Below are positions 52,962-53,146 of a stretch of 53,146 nucleotides of DNA, in pieces; position 1 is the stretch's first letter; every line of letters begins with the position of its first letter. The DNA is taken from NCBI GenBank assembly GCA_964573895.1, contig CAZNLS010000004.1:1-53146 (forward strand), written 5' to 3'. This stretch comes from an uncultured Clostridia bacterium. GTDB taxonomy: Bacteria > Acidobacteriota > Aminicenantia > UBA2199. The notes under the pieces were generated by a model that did no database searches, was not told the origin of the DNA, and saw only the letters and a program-made list of their open reading frames with translations. The position numbers were made by a program, and so were the translations under genes.

Positions 52962-53146
52962 GAAACAACTGAAAGGTTAATGTCAGCAAGTAAAAATGTA
53001 AAAGTAAAAAATTATTAAAAAGAGATATTTTAATTAAATTTCAAACTTATATATTAGATATAATGGAGTTATTAAACTCAATTGTTTCATGATCTCTCCA
53101 TAATGATTATTGTCAGTTAACTCTTTTTGTATGCTATACAAATTAT

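Noticed and set aside
1-53146. Scan for CRISPR arrays, IS elements and transposases, toxin-antitoxin pairs, restriction-modification or other recognisable defence systems, and rRNA genes.
   Set aside because: I saw no regularly spaced direct repeats, no terminal inverted repeats flanking a transposase-like ORF, and no defence-type domains in any ORF translation.

Overview
AT-rich (by eye about one-third GC), densely coding chromosomal window from a diderm, LPS-making bacterium. I cannot assign the lineage from sequence alone. I call about 50 protein genes, one tRNA and no rRNA, CRISPR array, IS element or integrase.

Left third:
- A tightly overlapping hisB-hisH-hisA-hisF-hisIE operon.
- An envelope and surface block: a lipoprotein, a lone STAS anti-sigma antagonist, a GT39-like membrane glycosyltransferase, an AsnB-type amidotransferase and a zinc-ribbon membrane protein.
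- An SLC12-type cation:chloride cotransporter homolog, a class-C-type serine hydrolase, a CBM9/DUF5916 outer-membrane protein and a MATE exporter.
- tRNA-Arg(ACG) with its own consensus promoter, a GT1 glycosyltransferase, lpxD and a type-I asparaginase.

Centre, the most unusual part:
- A perfect-consensus sigma70 promoter drives a two-gene operon. It encodes a ClpA-like double-AAA+ ATPase with a novel roughly 390-aa N-terminal region, translationally coupled (ATGA) to a receiver-domain::LpxC fusion.
- Divergently transcribed from it is an N-terminally membrane-anchored Hanks Ser/Thr kinase. Its cytosolic region is an array of about 24 very regular 13-residue repeats.
- Two copies of the same repeat motif occur in the AAA+ protein.
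- I interpret this as a candidate non-canonical control module for the committed step of lipid A synthesis, analogous in logic to FtsH/LapB/LpxC. This is inference.
- The kinase is followed without gaps by an acyl-CoA dehydrogenase, a DAO-family flavoprotein, a DUF2065 protein, histidine ammonia-lyase and a YHS protein. A second, divergent ammonia-lyase paralog lies nearby.

Right third, all on the minus strand:
- nqrABCDEF-apbE, a small Cys-rich NqrM-like protein and arsR.
- A DUF507 gene pair, an M48 lipoprotein peptidase and a Spy/CpxP-like protein with a clear terminator.
- The origin-proximal cluster mnmG-mnmE-jag-yidC-yidD-rnpA-rpmH.
- rnpA is interrupted by a frameshift in a T10 run (as read on the coding strand). 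One extra T would restore a normal 114-aa protein.
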